64,000 nucleotides of DNA from Methanotrichaceae archaeon (GTDB taxonomy: Archaea; Halobacteriota; Methanosarcinia; Methanotrichales; Methanotrichaceae): the NCBI GenBank assembly GCA_963748825.1, contig CAVVKN010000003.1:1-64000 (forward strand), read 5' to 3'. Shown here one piece after another: positions 22,285-31,191 of this stretch. The position numbers were made by a program, and so were the translations under genes. Within the stretch, counting starts at the first letter, position 1. Every line of letters starts with the position of its first letter. The notes under the pieces were generated by a model. It saw only the letters and a list, made by a program, of their open reading frames with translations, was not told the origin of the DNA and did no database searches.

Positions 22285-23304
22285 TTGACCTTCTTAGATG
22301 ACACTTCTGGCGAAGGTCAAGCGGAATTTGCAGGAGGGATAAGTACGAAAAAGTTAGGTATAATATTATTATTATTATTAATAGCCTTTTTAGCCAGTAT
22401 TGCATCTGCAGAATATACCAGTAAGAACAATCTCACTTTGGATATGAAACAGAGCGTGAGCGGCGAGGGCTACTTCATGACCTACAAGTACGCTAGAATG
22501 CCCAATACCCTTGGAGACTCCGGAATACTTGGACTCTCTGGAATAGGTAACGATGGGGTAGAACTCATGGATTATAGCCACGGAAGCGGCATGATCGATA
22601 CAGAATCGATATTGTCCACACAGACTTCCGACGAGACAAATTATGGAGTCGACAAGAGCGAGGACTACGATCCGGATCATTCGGAGGCTTTGAGCTGCAT
22701 TCAACTGAAAGAAGATAATGCCATGACGTACGGCCCAATAGGCTTCGGCGTAGGTACGGGATTTTACGCAGTTCGCCCGCTGCAGTTCAACTCCCTGTTG
22801 AAGGAGAAAACGTGGCTAAAGAATCGTGGATCTGCCACCTTGATGCACCATGAAGTGGAATATGCCCATGCTCTGGACAAGGAACTCGAAATCCTGGCCA
22901 AGGACTTCATCTCTGTGGATGATCCCAGTGTGAGCATGATGAACATCTCCGAGGATATGACCGCAGGCCGTGCGCATATCGGACTTTTGCAGGGAGATCC
23001 GGATCTGGTATCCAAAGAAGACGCCGATGGAAATATGTTCGTGGCAGCCACTGCCTGGAAGAAGCCGCTCGTGAACGTGGATGAAGATTACTGGGGAACT
23101 TACCACATCGAGAAGCTGATGAACATAACGGCATCAGTAGATGAGACCGAGGAAGATGATGACTGGCTACCCTGCTGCTCCGGCGGCTATCTGAGTATGC
23201 CCGAAGCATACCGGAAGGGCAGCAACGGATTTGGCTCCGATGTGACGGGTGTCTTTGATTGCACCTGCTTCAAGGCTCCGACCCAAGCCGAGTTTCCAAG
23301 GTAA
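22285..23304 (+). CDS. Hypothetical secreted protein with Cys-rich C-terminus; true start may be ACG at 22345
   Basis: Signal peptide KKLGIILLLLLIAFLASIASA; C-terminal WLPCC...FDCTC. Confidence 0.75.
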   Translation: MTFLDDTSGEGQAEFAGGISTKKLGIILLLLLIAFLASIASAEYTSKNNLTLDMKQSVSGEGYFMTYKYARMPNTLGDSGILGLSGIGNDGVELMDYSHGSGMIDTESILSTQTSDETNYGVDKSEDYDPDHSEALSCIQLKEDNAMTYGPIGFGVGTGFYAVRPLQFNSLLKEKTWLKNRGSATLMHHEVEYAHALDKELEILAKDFISVDDPSVSMMNISEDMTAGRAHIGLLQGDPDLVSKEDADGNMFVAATAWKKPLVNVDEDYWGTYHIEKLMNITASVDETEEDDDWLPCCSGGYLSMPEAYRKGSNGFGSDVTGVFDCTCFKAPTQAEFPR

Positions 23305-23364
23305 GAAGAAAACCTTGGTCCTTTTTTCCAGTAGGGTAGCTATTCCTGGGAAGCTTGATAGTGT

Positions 23365-23522
23365 TTTGTTCTCAATTCGCCTTAGAGGCACAACCACCAT
23401 GAAGGACACAGCATCTTGAGCCTCATGATGGGCTGGACGCCCAGAGAGTTTGCGCGATCATCCCAGGTGAACTTGCCCTCGGGGACAGTGCAGCTTGGAT
23501 TGATGCATTTGATGCGAAGCGT
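23365..23522 (-). pseudogene. Decayed small Cys-rich (Zn-ribbon-like) protein
   Basis: GGGAG then ACG-LRIKCINPSCTVPEGKFTWDD; after a frameshift HEAQDAVSFMVV..IENK; no valid start codon. Confidence 0.45.
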
Positions 23523-23540
23523 AAAAACTCCCTGCGGATC

Positions 23541-25256
23541 TCAGGAGCGTTCCTCCTTCTCCAGCCTTTCACGAGCTTTCTGCGCTTGAGAGGCCATGGG
23601 GCTTCTCAATTCCAGGAATAGAACCTCAGCCTGTTTGATCAGTTCCAGTGCTCTGCCCAGATGGCCTTCTTTCTCTTCCAGGAGCGAAGACTGCGCTAAG
23701 GTGCTGGCCACTCCACTCTTGTCCCCCAGTTCCTGCTTGATTTTGAGACTCTCAGCGTACAGCCTCCGAGCCTCGCCCAGATCGCCGGTGTCCTGAGCCA
23801 TCATTCCCATCTGGTGAAGCGTGCTGGCCATTCCACTCTTGTTCCCCAGTTCCTGCTCGATTTTGAGACTCTCAGCGTACAGCCTCCGAGCCTCGCCCAG
23901 ATCGCCGGTGACGTAAGCCAAATTTCCCATCTGGTGAAGCGTGCTGGCCATTCCACTCTTGCCCCCCAGTTCCTGCTCGATTTTGAGACTCTCAGCGTAC
24001 AGCCTCCGAGCCTCGTCCAGATCGCCGATGTGCTGAGCCATCATTCCCATCTTGTGAAGCGTTCTGGCCATTCCACTCTTGTCCCCCAGTTCCTGCTTGA
24101 TTTTGAGACTCTCAGCGTACAGCCTCCGAGCCTCGCCCAGATCGCCGGTGTCCTGAGCCATCATTCCCATCTGGTGAAGCGTGCTGGCCACTCCACTCTT
24201 GTCCCCCAGTTCCTGCTCGATTTTGAGACTCTCAGCGTACAGCCTCCGAGCCTCGCCCAGATCGCCGGTGACGTAAGCCAAATTTCCCATCTGGTGAAGC
24301 GTGATGGCCACGCCTCTTTTGTCCCCCAGTTCCTGCCCGATTTTGAGGCTCTCTGAGTACAGCCTCCGAGCCTCGCCCAGATCGCCGGTGATGTAAGCCA
24401 AATTTCCCATCTGGTGAAGCGTGTTGGCCACGCCTCTTTTGTCCCCCAGCTCCTGGTTTGCCTTGAGACTCTCAGCGTACAGTCGCTGAGCCTCATCATA
24501 CCCCCCAAGCAAATAACGAAGATTTCCCTGCCTTTGGAGAAGTGCCGCCATGGATCGATCCTCCCTTTCACCTCTAGGCATTTCTCGGTAATCCCTGATC
24601 AGCCCATCCAGAGCAGCTGCACGTTCTCTCTTTTCAGCCAGACTCAAGCGGTCGGCTTGTGTATCCTGTATGATCGTCTTCTCGACGGAAGCCATCAATT
24701 TCTTCTCAGGAGAGAGTTCGAATACGCCGCTGCGCCATCCCCAGAAGTCCGGTGCTTCCCTGGCCAAACGGGTCAGTGCATAATCAGGTAGCCAGATGAG
24801 AACGGGACAGGAGAACGATTTAGGAAAATTTTCACGTGATTGATTCAACTCATCGAGAGCTGGTGCAAGACCCTCCGAGGGCACAGAATGCTCAAAGCCT
24901 AAGACCATGACTGCTCTTTTTCCCGCATAATCAGCTTTATCCGCCTCCAGTGCTTGCAGGATGGCTCTCCTCAAGCTCGAAACCGGCCCCATTAGCACCA
25001 ATGTGATGATTTTCGCTTCACCTGTCAGTATTTCCCTCAGTTTGGCCGCCATCTGGCGACTCTGAATAGGCTGGTTGCACTTGACAAAGCCCAGGCGAAA
25101 GCCCTCTGCCAGACGGATGAGGCTTGCCATTTGAAGCAATATATCCTGATTTTGAGGTGATATTTCCTCTTCACCTAAGAGAGGTTGCTGCGGGGAAAAG
25201 TCCGCGCTGGCCGGTTCCGTCTTGACCGCGAACTTACTCAATTTGTCTCCAGGCAT
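23541..25256 (-). CDS. TPR protein (40-aa repeats) with N-terminal degenerate P-loop-like domain
   Basis: LNQSRENF, VLIWLP, APDFWGWRSGVFE, then about 7 repeats of EARRLYAESLKIxQELGDKSGxAxTLHQMG. Confidence 0.9.
   Translation of the reverse strand: MPGDKLSKFAVKTEPASADFSPQQPLLGEEEISPQNQDILLQMASLIRLAEGFRLGFVKCNQPIQSRQMAAKLREILTGEAKIITLVLMGPVSSLRRAILQALEADKADYAGKRAVMVLGFEHSVPSEGLAPALDELNQSRENFPKSFSCPVLIWLPDYALTRLAREAPDFWGWRSGVFELSPEKKLMASVEKTIIQDTQADRLSLAEKRERAAALDGLIRDYREMPRGEREDRSMAALLQRQGNLRYLLGGYDEAQRLYAESLKANQELGDKRGVANTLHQMGNLAYITGDLGEARRLYSESLKIGQELGDKRGVAITLHQMGNLAYVTGDLGEARRLYAESLKIEQELGDKSGVASTLHQMGMMAQDTGDLGEARRLYAESLKIKQELGDKSGMARTLHKMGMMAQHIGDLDEARRLYAESLKIEQELGGKSGMASTLHQMGNLAYVTGDLGEARRLYAESLKIEQELGNKSGMASTLHQMGMMAQDTGDLGEARRLYAESLKIKQELGDKSGVASTLAQSSLLEEKEGHLGRALELIKQAEVLFLELRSPMASQAQKARERLEKEERS
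23701..24495. repeat. Tandem array of about 6.6 copies of a 120-bp near-identical coding repeat
   Basis: agcctccgagcctcg(c/t)ccagatcgccg at 23761, 23881, 24001, 24121, 24241, 24361; degenerate copy at 24481. Confidence 0.97.
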
Positions 25257-26586
25257 CCTTGAACTCCGCCAGCTCTTTCACAGCAGGATGAACATCGCAC
25301 CAGCGCTCTCCATTCATATACTCCAGCACGCTAAGATTGTAGAGCATAGCCTGGTGCGGGGTATCATTTCGTACCTGCTTATTTTTGGCCACTTTGGCCA
25401 GAAGGTCAAAATGCTCATCCGGGACCATGCGTCCGTACTCATTGATTAAACGTCGAAATGCCTTTTCCGCTACCTTTTTGGAGATAGGAATTGTTCCACC
25501 TTCCGCCTGGTCCAGCTCAACAGTGTAGCCAAGCATCCGTATGAAATCCCGCAGCATCCCGCCGCTCTTTTCGGCTAAAAAATCCACAACGCCCTTCTGG
25601 AAAAGCGACTCGACATCGATCCTTTTCCTTGCCACATCACAGAGAAGATCGATGCCCTCCTGGCAAGGCGATCCATCTTGCTCCTCGACTTTTATCATGG
25701 GCAGGATTTCATAGTTGGGGAAGGCTCCGGCCAGTTGAGTGGCCTTGAGGGAGTAGAACATGGATATGGGGACAGTGTAGACTATGTGCCCATCCAGAGC
25801 TTTGAGCTGTTCGGCATGCTCCAGATAGAGGGCATCATGGGTTGTTCTTCCTGTCTTTTCATCCAGTACCCGCAGGACAATGCGATCCAGGTTATCGATG
25901 ATTAGCACCAGATCCTGATAGCCCTTCTTTTGGATCTCGGGAAGAGCAGCCCGGATGAACTCATTGATCCGCTCGATTAGTGGATAGATTTGGGGGTCCA
26001 GCGAGAGACGGATCTCCTTTCGGATCTCGTGACCGGTGCGGATTTGGCCGGTGATGCGGGCCAGCAATTTGGCAATTATTGGAAGAGGGGCTGGCGCATT
26101 CAATCCCAATTCGAATTCTGTCTTGAGAGCCGCCTCCATGACAACTTCATCCTTCCATCCGTAGACCACTTCGGCAAACCACATCAGGATGCCTTTGGAG
26201 AGACGTTCATCTATCTTGATGCCCTTCTCGGATAGTGTACGCTCCAGACGCTTGATTATAGATAGGAGAAGATCGGTATAAACCAGATCGCCCATATCAA
26301 TATCATCATCAGCGGCAAAGTAAACTACCAGGAATTTCTCCCTCTCCAGCCGATTTGCCAGGCGCAGAAGCTCTGTGGACTTTCCACAACCCCGGTGTCC
26401 GCTGATCAATTGAGACGTTGAGCGGCTTGAGCCTTCAATTCGTAAAGCCAAAAGTCCCACAACATCCGTTCCACCCCTCACCTGGCTGCAGTCAACCCAA
26501 CGGGGATCTCCGCTTTCCAGAGGGTCCAGCTTTACAGCATTGTAGGCATCTTTCAAATTAGTTGCCGGAGGGTCGCAGTTCATCAT
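25234..26586 (-). CDS. P-loop ATPase, STAND/AAA-like
   Basis: Walker A GHRGCGKST, Walker B LIIDNLDR, SGG..RDF, C-terminal WCDVHP; overlaps the TPR gene. Confidence 0.88.
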   Translation of the reverse strand: MMNCDPPATNLKDAYNAVKLDPLESGDPRWVDCSQVRGGTDVVGLLALRIEGSSRSTSQLISGHRGCGKSTELLRLANRLEREKFLVVYFAADDDIDMGDLVYTDLLLSIIKRLERTLSEKGIKIDERLSKGILMWFAEVVYGWKDEVVMEAALKTEFELGLNAPAPLPIIAKLLARITGQIRTGHEIRKEIRLSLDPQIYPLIERINEFIRAALPEIQKKGYQDLVLIIDNLDRIVLRVLDEKTGRTTHDALYLEHAEQLKALDGHIVYTVPISMFYSLKATQLAGAFPNYEILPMIKVEEQDGSPCQEGIDLLCDVARKRIDVESLFQKGVVDFLAEKSGGMLRDFIRMLGYTVELDQAEGGTIPISKKVAEKAFRRLINEYGRMVPDEHFDLLAKVAKNKQVRNDTPHQAMLYNLSVLEYMNGERWCDVHPAVKELAEFKDAWRQIE

Positions 26587-26723
26587 GAGTAGTTGTTATT
26601 CGATTTTCGTATAAATATTACTATGAAAATTACTGCGGAAATCAGAAAAGATGAATGATGCCATGAATGATGCCTCAAGAAGCAAAATAAGAAAAAAGGT
26701 GCCGATAGGGTGTTTTTGAGAGT

Positions 26724-26969
26724 TCAGTGCTTAACCGCCTCGCATCCCCTCTCCTTCGTGCGCACCCGCACCACGTCCTCCACCGGGTAGACGAAGATCT
26801 TGCCGTCTCCTGCCTCGCCCGTTTGGGCAAACTCGCAGATCAGGTCGATGACCGCTTCTGCATCCTTGTCCTCAACCACCATCTTCTGCTTCATCTTCTG
26901 CAGAAACTCCACCCGGTAGTCTCCGGCTCGTCGCTGCAAGGTGACGCCCTTCTGCCGGCCCCTGCCTAG
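26724..26969 (-). pseudogene. glnK: 5'-truncated, degenerate glnK fragment
   Basis: GRGRQKGVTLQRRAGDYRVEFLQK...TGEAGDGKIFVYPV; the first 35 or so codons are replaced by AT-rich DNA. Confidence 0.8.
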
Positions 26970-27019
26970 AAAAGAATGGAAATAATTCGATGAAATATTA
27001 AAAAATGGCTCTTTTTGCT

Positions 27020-27289
27020 TTAAGAAGATGAAGCGCCATCTATGGTGACTGCCTCAACCGGGCAGGACTTGGCGCATTTCCCGCACATAGTGCACTTATC
27101 CTTATCTACGACTGCGATACCCTTGTCGTCTAAGGATATGGCTCCGACGGGGCACTTCTCAACGCAAGCTCCACAGCCTATGCATTTGTTCTCGTCAACC
27201 ACGGCAGGCATCAATTTAGCTACCGCATATGCCGAACCTACCAGAAGGCAGAGAACTGCCAGTGCAACAAACAATTTTGTATGCTTCAT
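27020..27289 (-). CDS. 2[4Fe-4S] ferredoxin with N-terminal signal peptide or membrane anchor
   Basis: CIGCGACVEKCP and CTMCGKCAKSCP; leader MKHTKLFVALAVLCLLVGSAYA; GGAG upstream of ATG 27289. Confidence 0.88.
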   Translation of the reverse strand: MKHTKLFVALAVLCLLVGSAYAVAKLMPAVVDENKCIGCGACVEKCPVGAISLDDKGIAVVDKDKCTMCGKCAKSCPVEAVTIDGASSS

Positions 27290-27439
27290 TTTATTAAACT
27301 CCAATTAAGCCGATCTGGTTAAAACTTCATTTGAGAACGTCTCTTGTCGATCTGTTCTTCAACTTATCCTGGCACTGAACGATATTTAAAGCTAATAGCG
27401 AACGAACATCCTCTCCAGAACGGGCCTGGCAGGGAAAAA

Positions 27440-27457
27440 TAGGAATAATTGTTCCTA
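27440..27457. promoter_or_regulatory. Palindrome TAGGAA-TAATTG-TTCCTA (GGAA-N6-TTCC, NrpR-operator-like)
   Basis: Perfect 6-bp arms; core equals the Methanococcus NrpR operator consensus. Confidence 0.45.
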
Positions 27458-27609
27458 ATTTGTTTTAATTCTGTTTAAGGGTTTTAAATTGTATTTCAAA
27501 ATACATTTAAGCTTTAAAATCAGATTCCATTGAAATTTAAATTAATTTTCTCGGTATAGGCCTGATTTGATTTTTTCTTGTAGAGGTAACGGAGATATAT
27601 GTAATCTAA

Positions 27610-28146
27610 TCACTTTTCCATTACCGGGGCGATCTTTTTTAGATATCTCTCCAGCCGGGCCTCGCACTCCTCCCAGGTAACATCCACATTCAGGCTCTTC
27701 ATGATCTCCTGCAATTGCACTTTTACCTCCTCCCACGAGTATTTGTTCTTGGATTTGCAGAGATCGGTCATGAGACGAAGGGTGGTCACAAAGACCTTCT
27801 TGAACTCGGCGCGAATGAATCTCATAAACGGCTCAGCCGGGTCCCTTGAGGCATAGGATCTCAGCTCATCGAGAATCATGTATTGAGATTTGCACGGGTC
27901 CTTGTAGGGATCAGCAACTTCTTTGCCGTTCGCCGTGGAGAGTGTCTGATAGGCCTTGGCGATGAGCTGGTCGACATACTTCCTGGTGTAGGCTTCTTCA
28001 TTTATCTCGGCCACCAAACTGTAGCCGACCAGCCTGCACCGAAGGAGCTGTATTCTCGCTTCCTCTGCAGGCAAATAGAAGTTAATTTTGCTTACATAGT
28101 CCTCAAGGTGCTCCAGCCTTTTATGAGGTTCAAAAGTTACGGGCAT
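27610..28146 (-). CDS. Conserved hypothetical protein
   Basis: 178-aa helical ORF with its own AT-rich upstream region. Confidence 0.75.
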   Translation of the reverse strand: MPVTFEPHKRLEHLEDYVSKINFYLPAEEARIQLLRCRLVGYSLVAEINEEAYTRKYVDQLIAKAYQTLSTANGKEVADPYKDPCKSQYMILDELRSYASRDPAEPFMRFIRAEFKKVFVTTLRLMTDLCKSKNKYSWEEVKVQLQEIMKSLNVDVTWEECEARLERYLKKIAPVMEK

Positions 28147-28360
28147 ATCGACACTTCCATCAAGTTATCCACCTACATTATCAATAATGAATTATGTGCT
28201 ATTAAAGGTTCTCAAAATAGTTATCCTTTTCTACGTGGCAAAGCAAGGTGGTTTTAGACGATCTAAAATCTCATTTTTCCTGTTGAACATCCAAAAATAG
28301 AAGGGAAAAAAATTAAAAATATATTTTATCCAATTCATTGGGCAAACGCCGGCGAGCGCC

Positions 28361-29584
28361 TCATTCCGCCCGCAGCGCCTCGATAGGATCAAGCTTGGCC
28401 GCTTTGTTGGCCGGATAGACTCCTGCGATGGTGGTGGTGACTACACCGAAGAGCAGCCCCAGAAGGATGGACTGGGCGGTTATGGCCGAGGGCAGAGATG
28501 CCAGCGATCCTATGAGGTAGGAGACCGTCACCCCCATAGCAATGCCGATGACGCTGGAGACCACCCCCAGCACCCCTGCTTCCAGCAGATACTGCGTGCG
28601 AATGTCCCTGGTGGTCGCGCCCAGGGCCTTCATGACCCCGATCTCCCGAATCCTCTCCTTTACCGTCAGCATCATGACATTGGCGATGCCAATTCCCCCA
28701 ACCAGTAGCGAAATGGCGCCAATTCCCGCCAGAGCGTACTTGATCATGGACAGGATGCTCATGAGCGAGGCGAGCATATCCCGCGCCGTGGTGGCATCAT
28801 ATGCCTCGTTTTTGTGATACCTCAACAGATCGTTCTTGATCTTCTCGATGATGCTCTCCACCTGCTCCGGATCATAAACGATCACCTGAAAAGAGCCGTA
28901 GTAGTAATTGTCCTCGCCCATCAGCTCCTTCATGGCCTTGTGCGTTATGTACATCTGATTGTTCCCACTGCTGCCCGGGCCGCTAAAGGATGTCTGCTCC
29001 GCTTCTTTTAGAACTCCCACCACTTTGAAGTCCATGTAGCTATCTTTATGGTAAAGCCGGATTTTGTTTCCCGGTGTGACCTTCATGCGGAAGAGATCCT
29101 GCGAGACGCCGTTTCCTATGACTATTGACTTATAATCGGAGCCTGTGAGAAACCTGCCTTGCGCTACATCGCCCTTGAGAGTCTCCTCCTTGTCCGGGTC
29201 CACGCCGGTGAGACTGGCCGAGGCATTGGTGCTCCGGAAGGAGACCACCACACCGGAAGATGTCTGGGGTGCAACATTCTTCACACCCACCACGTTCTCC
29301 AGAACCTTGGTGTCCTTATCAGTGAACTTGGCTGGCTCAGCAGGATTTCTGTTCTGGTCACCACCGGGACCGCCGAAATGAGCACTTCCCGGAATTACGC
29401 GAATCATATCCAGGTTAAGGGTGGAGAACTGAGAGGACACTCCGGAGTAAAGCCCCTCGCCCACAGAGAGCATGACCACTATGGCCATGACGCCTATGAT
29501 TATGCCCAGGGATGACATGAGCGTCTTGAAGCGGTCGGCCCGAAAGCCGACGGCAATAAACTCCAGTATGTCAGGAAGATTCAT
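28361..29584 (-). CDS. MacB/FtsX-type ABC permease
   Basis: LGIIIGV, GGIGIANVM..V.ER.REIG.MKALGA, YPA.KAA.LDPIEALR. Confidence 0.93.
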   Translation of the reverse strand: MNLPDILEFIAVGFRADRFKTLMSSLGIIIGVMAIVVMLSVGEGLYSGVSSQFSTLNLDMIRVIPGSAHFGGPGGDQNRNPAEPAKFTDKDTKVLENVVGVKNVAPQTSSGVVVSFRSTNASASLTGVDPDKEETLKGDVAQGRFLTGSDYKSIVIGNGVSQDLFRMKVTPGNKIRLYHKDSYMDFKVVGVLKEAEQTSFSGPGSSGNNQMYITHKAMKELMGEDNYYYGSFQVIVYDPEQVESIIEKIKNDLLRYHKNEAYDATTARDMLASLMSILSMIKYALAGIGAISLLVGGIGIANVMMLTVKERIREIGVMKALGATTRDIRTQYLLEAGVLGVVSSVIGIAMGVTVSYLIGSLASLPSAITAQSILLGLLFGVVTTTIAGVYPANKAAKLDPIEALRAE

Positions 29585-29599
29585 CTGCCACCCCCATTT

Positions 29600-30505
29600 T
29601 TAAGACGCCCGATTTTCATTCTGAGACTTGTTATTGGCCTTGTTGGAGAGCTTTCGTTTTCGATATAGATATCCTCCCGCGATGAGCACAATCAGAACTG
29701 CAGCGCCAACGGGCAGAAGGTAACTGCTCTGCGTGCTGTTATCTTTGGGCGGTGTATAAGTGGTGACGTAGGCTTTGGACAGGTGCCAGTTGTCTCCGTT
29801 CTTGAACTTGGCCGCAAAGCTCAGGTTGGCCGGGCTTTGAAGGGTTTTCGCCGCATCTTCCGATTTAATGCCGAAGCTGATTGTGAAGACCTCATCCGGG
29901 TCCATGGTGCCGATGTAATACTCATCAGGCGAGAAGACAATTCCCCTGGCTGAGGGCACAATGGTGACTGCATTGAGGGTGTTCTCTCTGGGGTTGGCCA
30001 CATTTAGGTTGAAAGTTGATGCGGCCGCCTCGGCACGAGCCAGGCCCACCGGTGTATCATCTACTTTGATGAGAATCTCGCGGTTGATGGTGGTCATGTC
30101 ATATCCCCCTACAACCTGGAAAGACAAAAGATACGTTCCGCTGGAGATGTTGTCCGCCGCTCTAATCTTGTAGTAGACCGTAATCTTATCATTGGGGCCG
30201 ATCATGCCCAAATCTCGACTGTCTTCTGTGAGCACCTCCAGTTCCGGTGTACTTTTTAAGGTGGTTCTGTTAAGGGGCGTGGAGAGAAGAGAGCTCTGGG
30301 CTGAGCTGCCCGCTCCGGCATCTTTTCCTACTCCGTAGGAGGCTGCGCCATTGGTAAGCTGGATGGCCAGGACAGCCTCGTCGCCGGGCAGGAGCACGGC
30401 AGGGGTCATAGTTGACTGTATGTTCACAGGCATGTGATACTCATAAGCGGCTGCGTAGCCTGATGCCAGCAGGAACAGAAATAAAATTGAAATTATTTTT
30501 TTCAT
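29600..30505 (-). CDS. COG1361-like S-layer-domain secreted protein with C-terminal TM anchor
   Basis: Signal peptide, LGMIGP and YYIGTMDPDE motifs, C-terminal TM plus RKRK. Confidence 0.75.
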   Translation of the reverse strand: MKKIISILFLFLLASGYAAAYEYHMPVNIQSTMTPAVLLPGDEAVLAIQLTNGAASYGVGKDAGAGSSAQSSLLSTPLNRTTLKSTPELEVLTEDSRDLGMIGPNDKITVYYKIRAADNISSGTYLLSFQVVGGYDMTTINREILIKVDDTPVGLARAEAAASTFNLNVANPRENTLNAVTIVPSARGIVFSPDEYYIGTMDPDEVFTISFGIKSEDAAKTLQSPANLSFAAKFKNGDNWHLSKAYVTTYTPPKDNSTQSSYLLPVGAAVLIVLIAGGYLYRKRKLSNKANNKSQNENRAS

Positions 30506-31191
30506 GATGCGCTCTCCAGAATGCGTCCATCTCTGAGCCTTATGACGCGACTGCAGTTCCCGGTGATCTCCGGGTTGTGGGTTACCATGATTATGGTTCT
30601 GCCCTCTTGGTTCAACTTACTTAGAATTTTCATGACTTCATCGCTGTTTTTAAGATCCAGGTTTCCGGTGGGCTCATCGGCTATTATTATCTTTGGATCA
30701 TTGGCCAAGGCTCTGGCAACAGCCACCCTCTGCCGCTCCCCTCCGGAGATATTCTGGGGGTTGAAATTAGAGCGATGAGCAATGCCTACGTCCTGGAGCA
30801 GCTTTAAAGCGCGCTCCCTTCGCTTCTGGCGCACGACGCCGCTGAGTATCATGGGAAGCTCCACGTTCTTTTGCACACTGATGCGGCCGATGAGGTTAAA
30901 GGTCTGGAAGATGAATCCCAGCTCTTCTCTCCTCAAGCGAGCCAGCTCATCATCCGATGCCAGGCTGATGTCCTGGCCTAAGAGCAGGAAACGGCCGCTC
31001 GTGGGCCGGTCCAGGCAGCCCACGATGTTCAGGAGGGTGGATTTGCCGCTGCCGGAGGGTCCCATGAGAGCAATGAACTCGCCCTCATCTATCTGCAGGT
31101 CTATGCCCTTGAGAACGGCAAATTCGCTCTCACCGATGCGATAATTTTTTTGGATATCTTTTAGCTCGATAACTTTTGAAATAATATTCAC
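30502..31191 (-). CDS. LolD/MacB-type ABC ATP-binding protein
   Basis: GPSGSGKST, SGGERQRVA, ADEPTGNLD. Confidence 0.94.
   Translation of the reverse strand: MNIISKVIELKDIQKNYRIGESEFAVLKGIDLQIDEGEFIALMGPSGSGKSTLLNIVGCLDRPTSGRFLLLGQDISLASDDELARLRREELGFIFQTFNLIGRISVQKNVELPMILSGVVRQKRRERALKLLQDVGIAHRSNFNPQNISGGERQRVAVARALANDPKIIIADEPTGNLDLKNSDEVMKILSKLNQEGRTIIMVTHNPEITGNCSRVIRLRDGRILESAS

Noticed and set aside
23701-24495. CRISPR array or DGR target
   Set aside because: Units are contiguous in-frame coding repeats with no spacers. Many variable sites include a coding-strand A, but several do not, and there is no reverse transcriptase or template repeat in the window.
26651-26675. Direct repeat atgaatgatgcc, two copies
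   Set aside because: Short intergenic duplication with no supporting context; not flanking an element as a target-site duplication.
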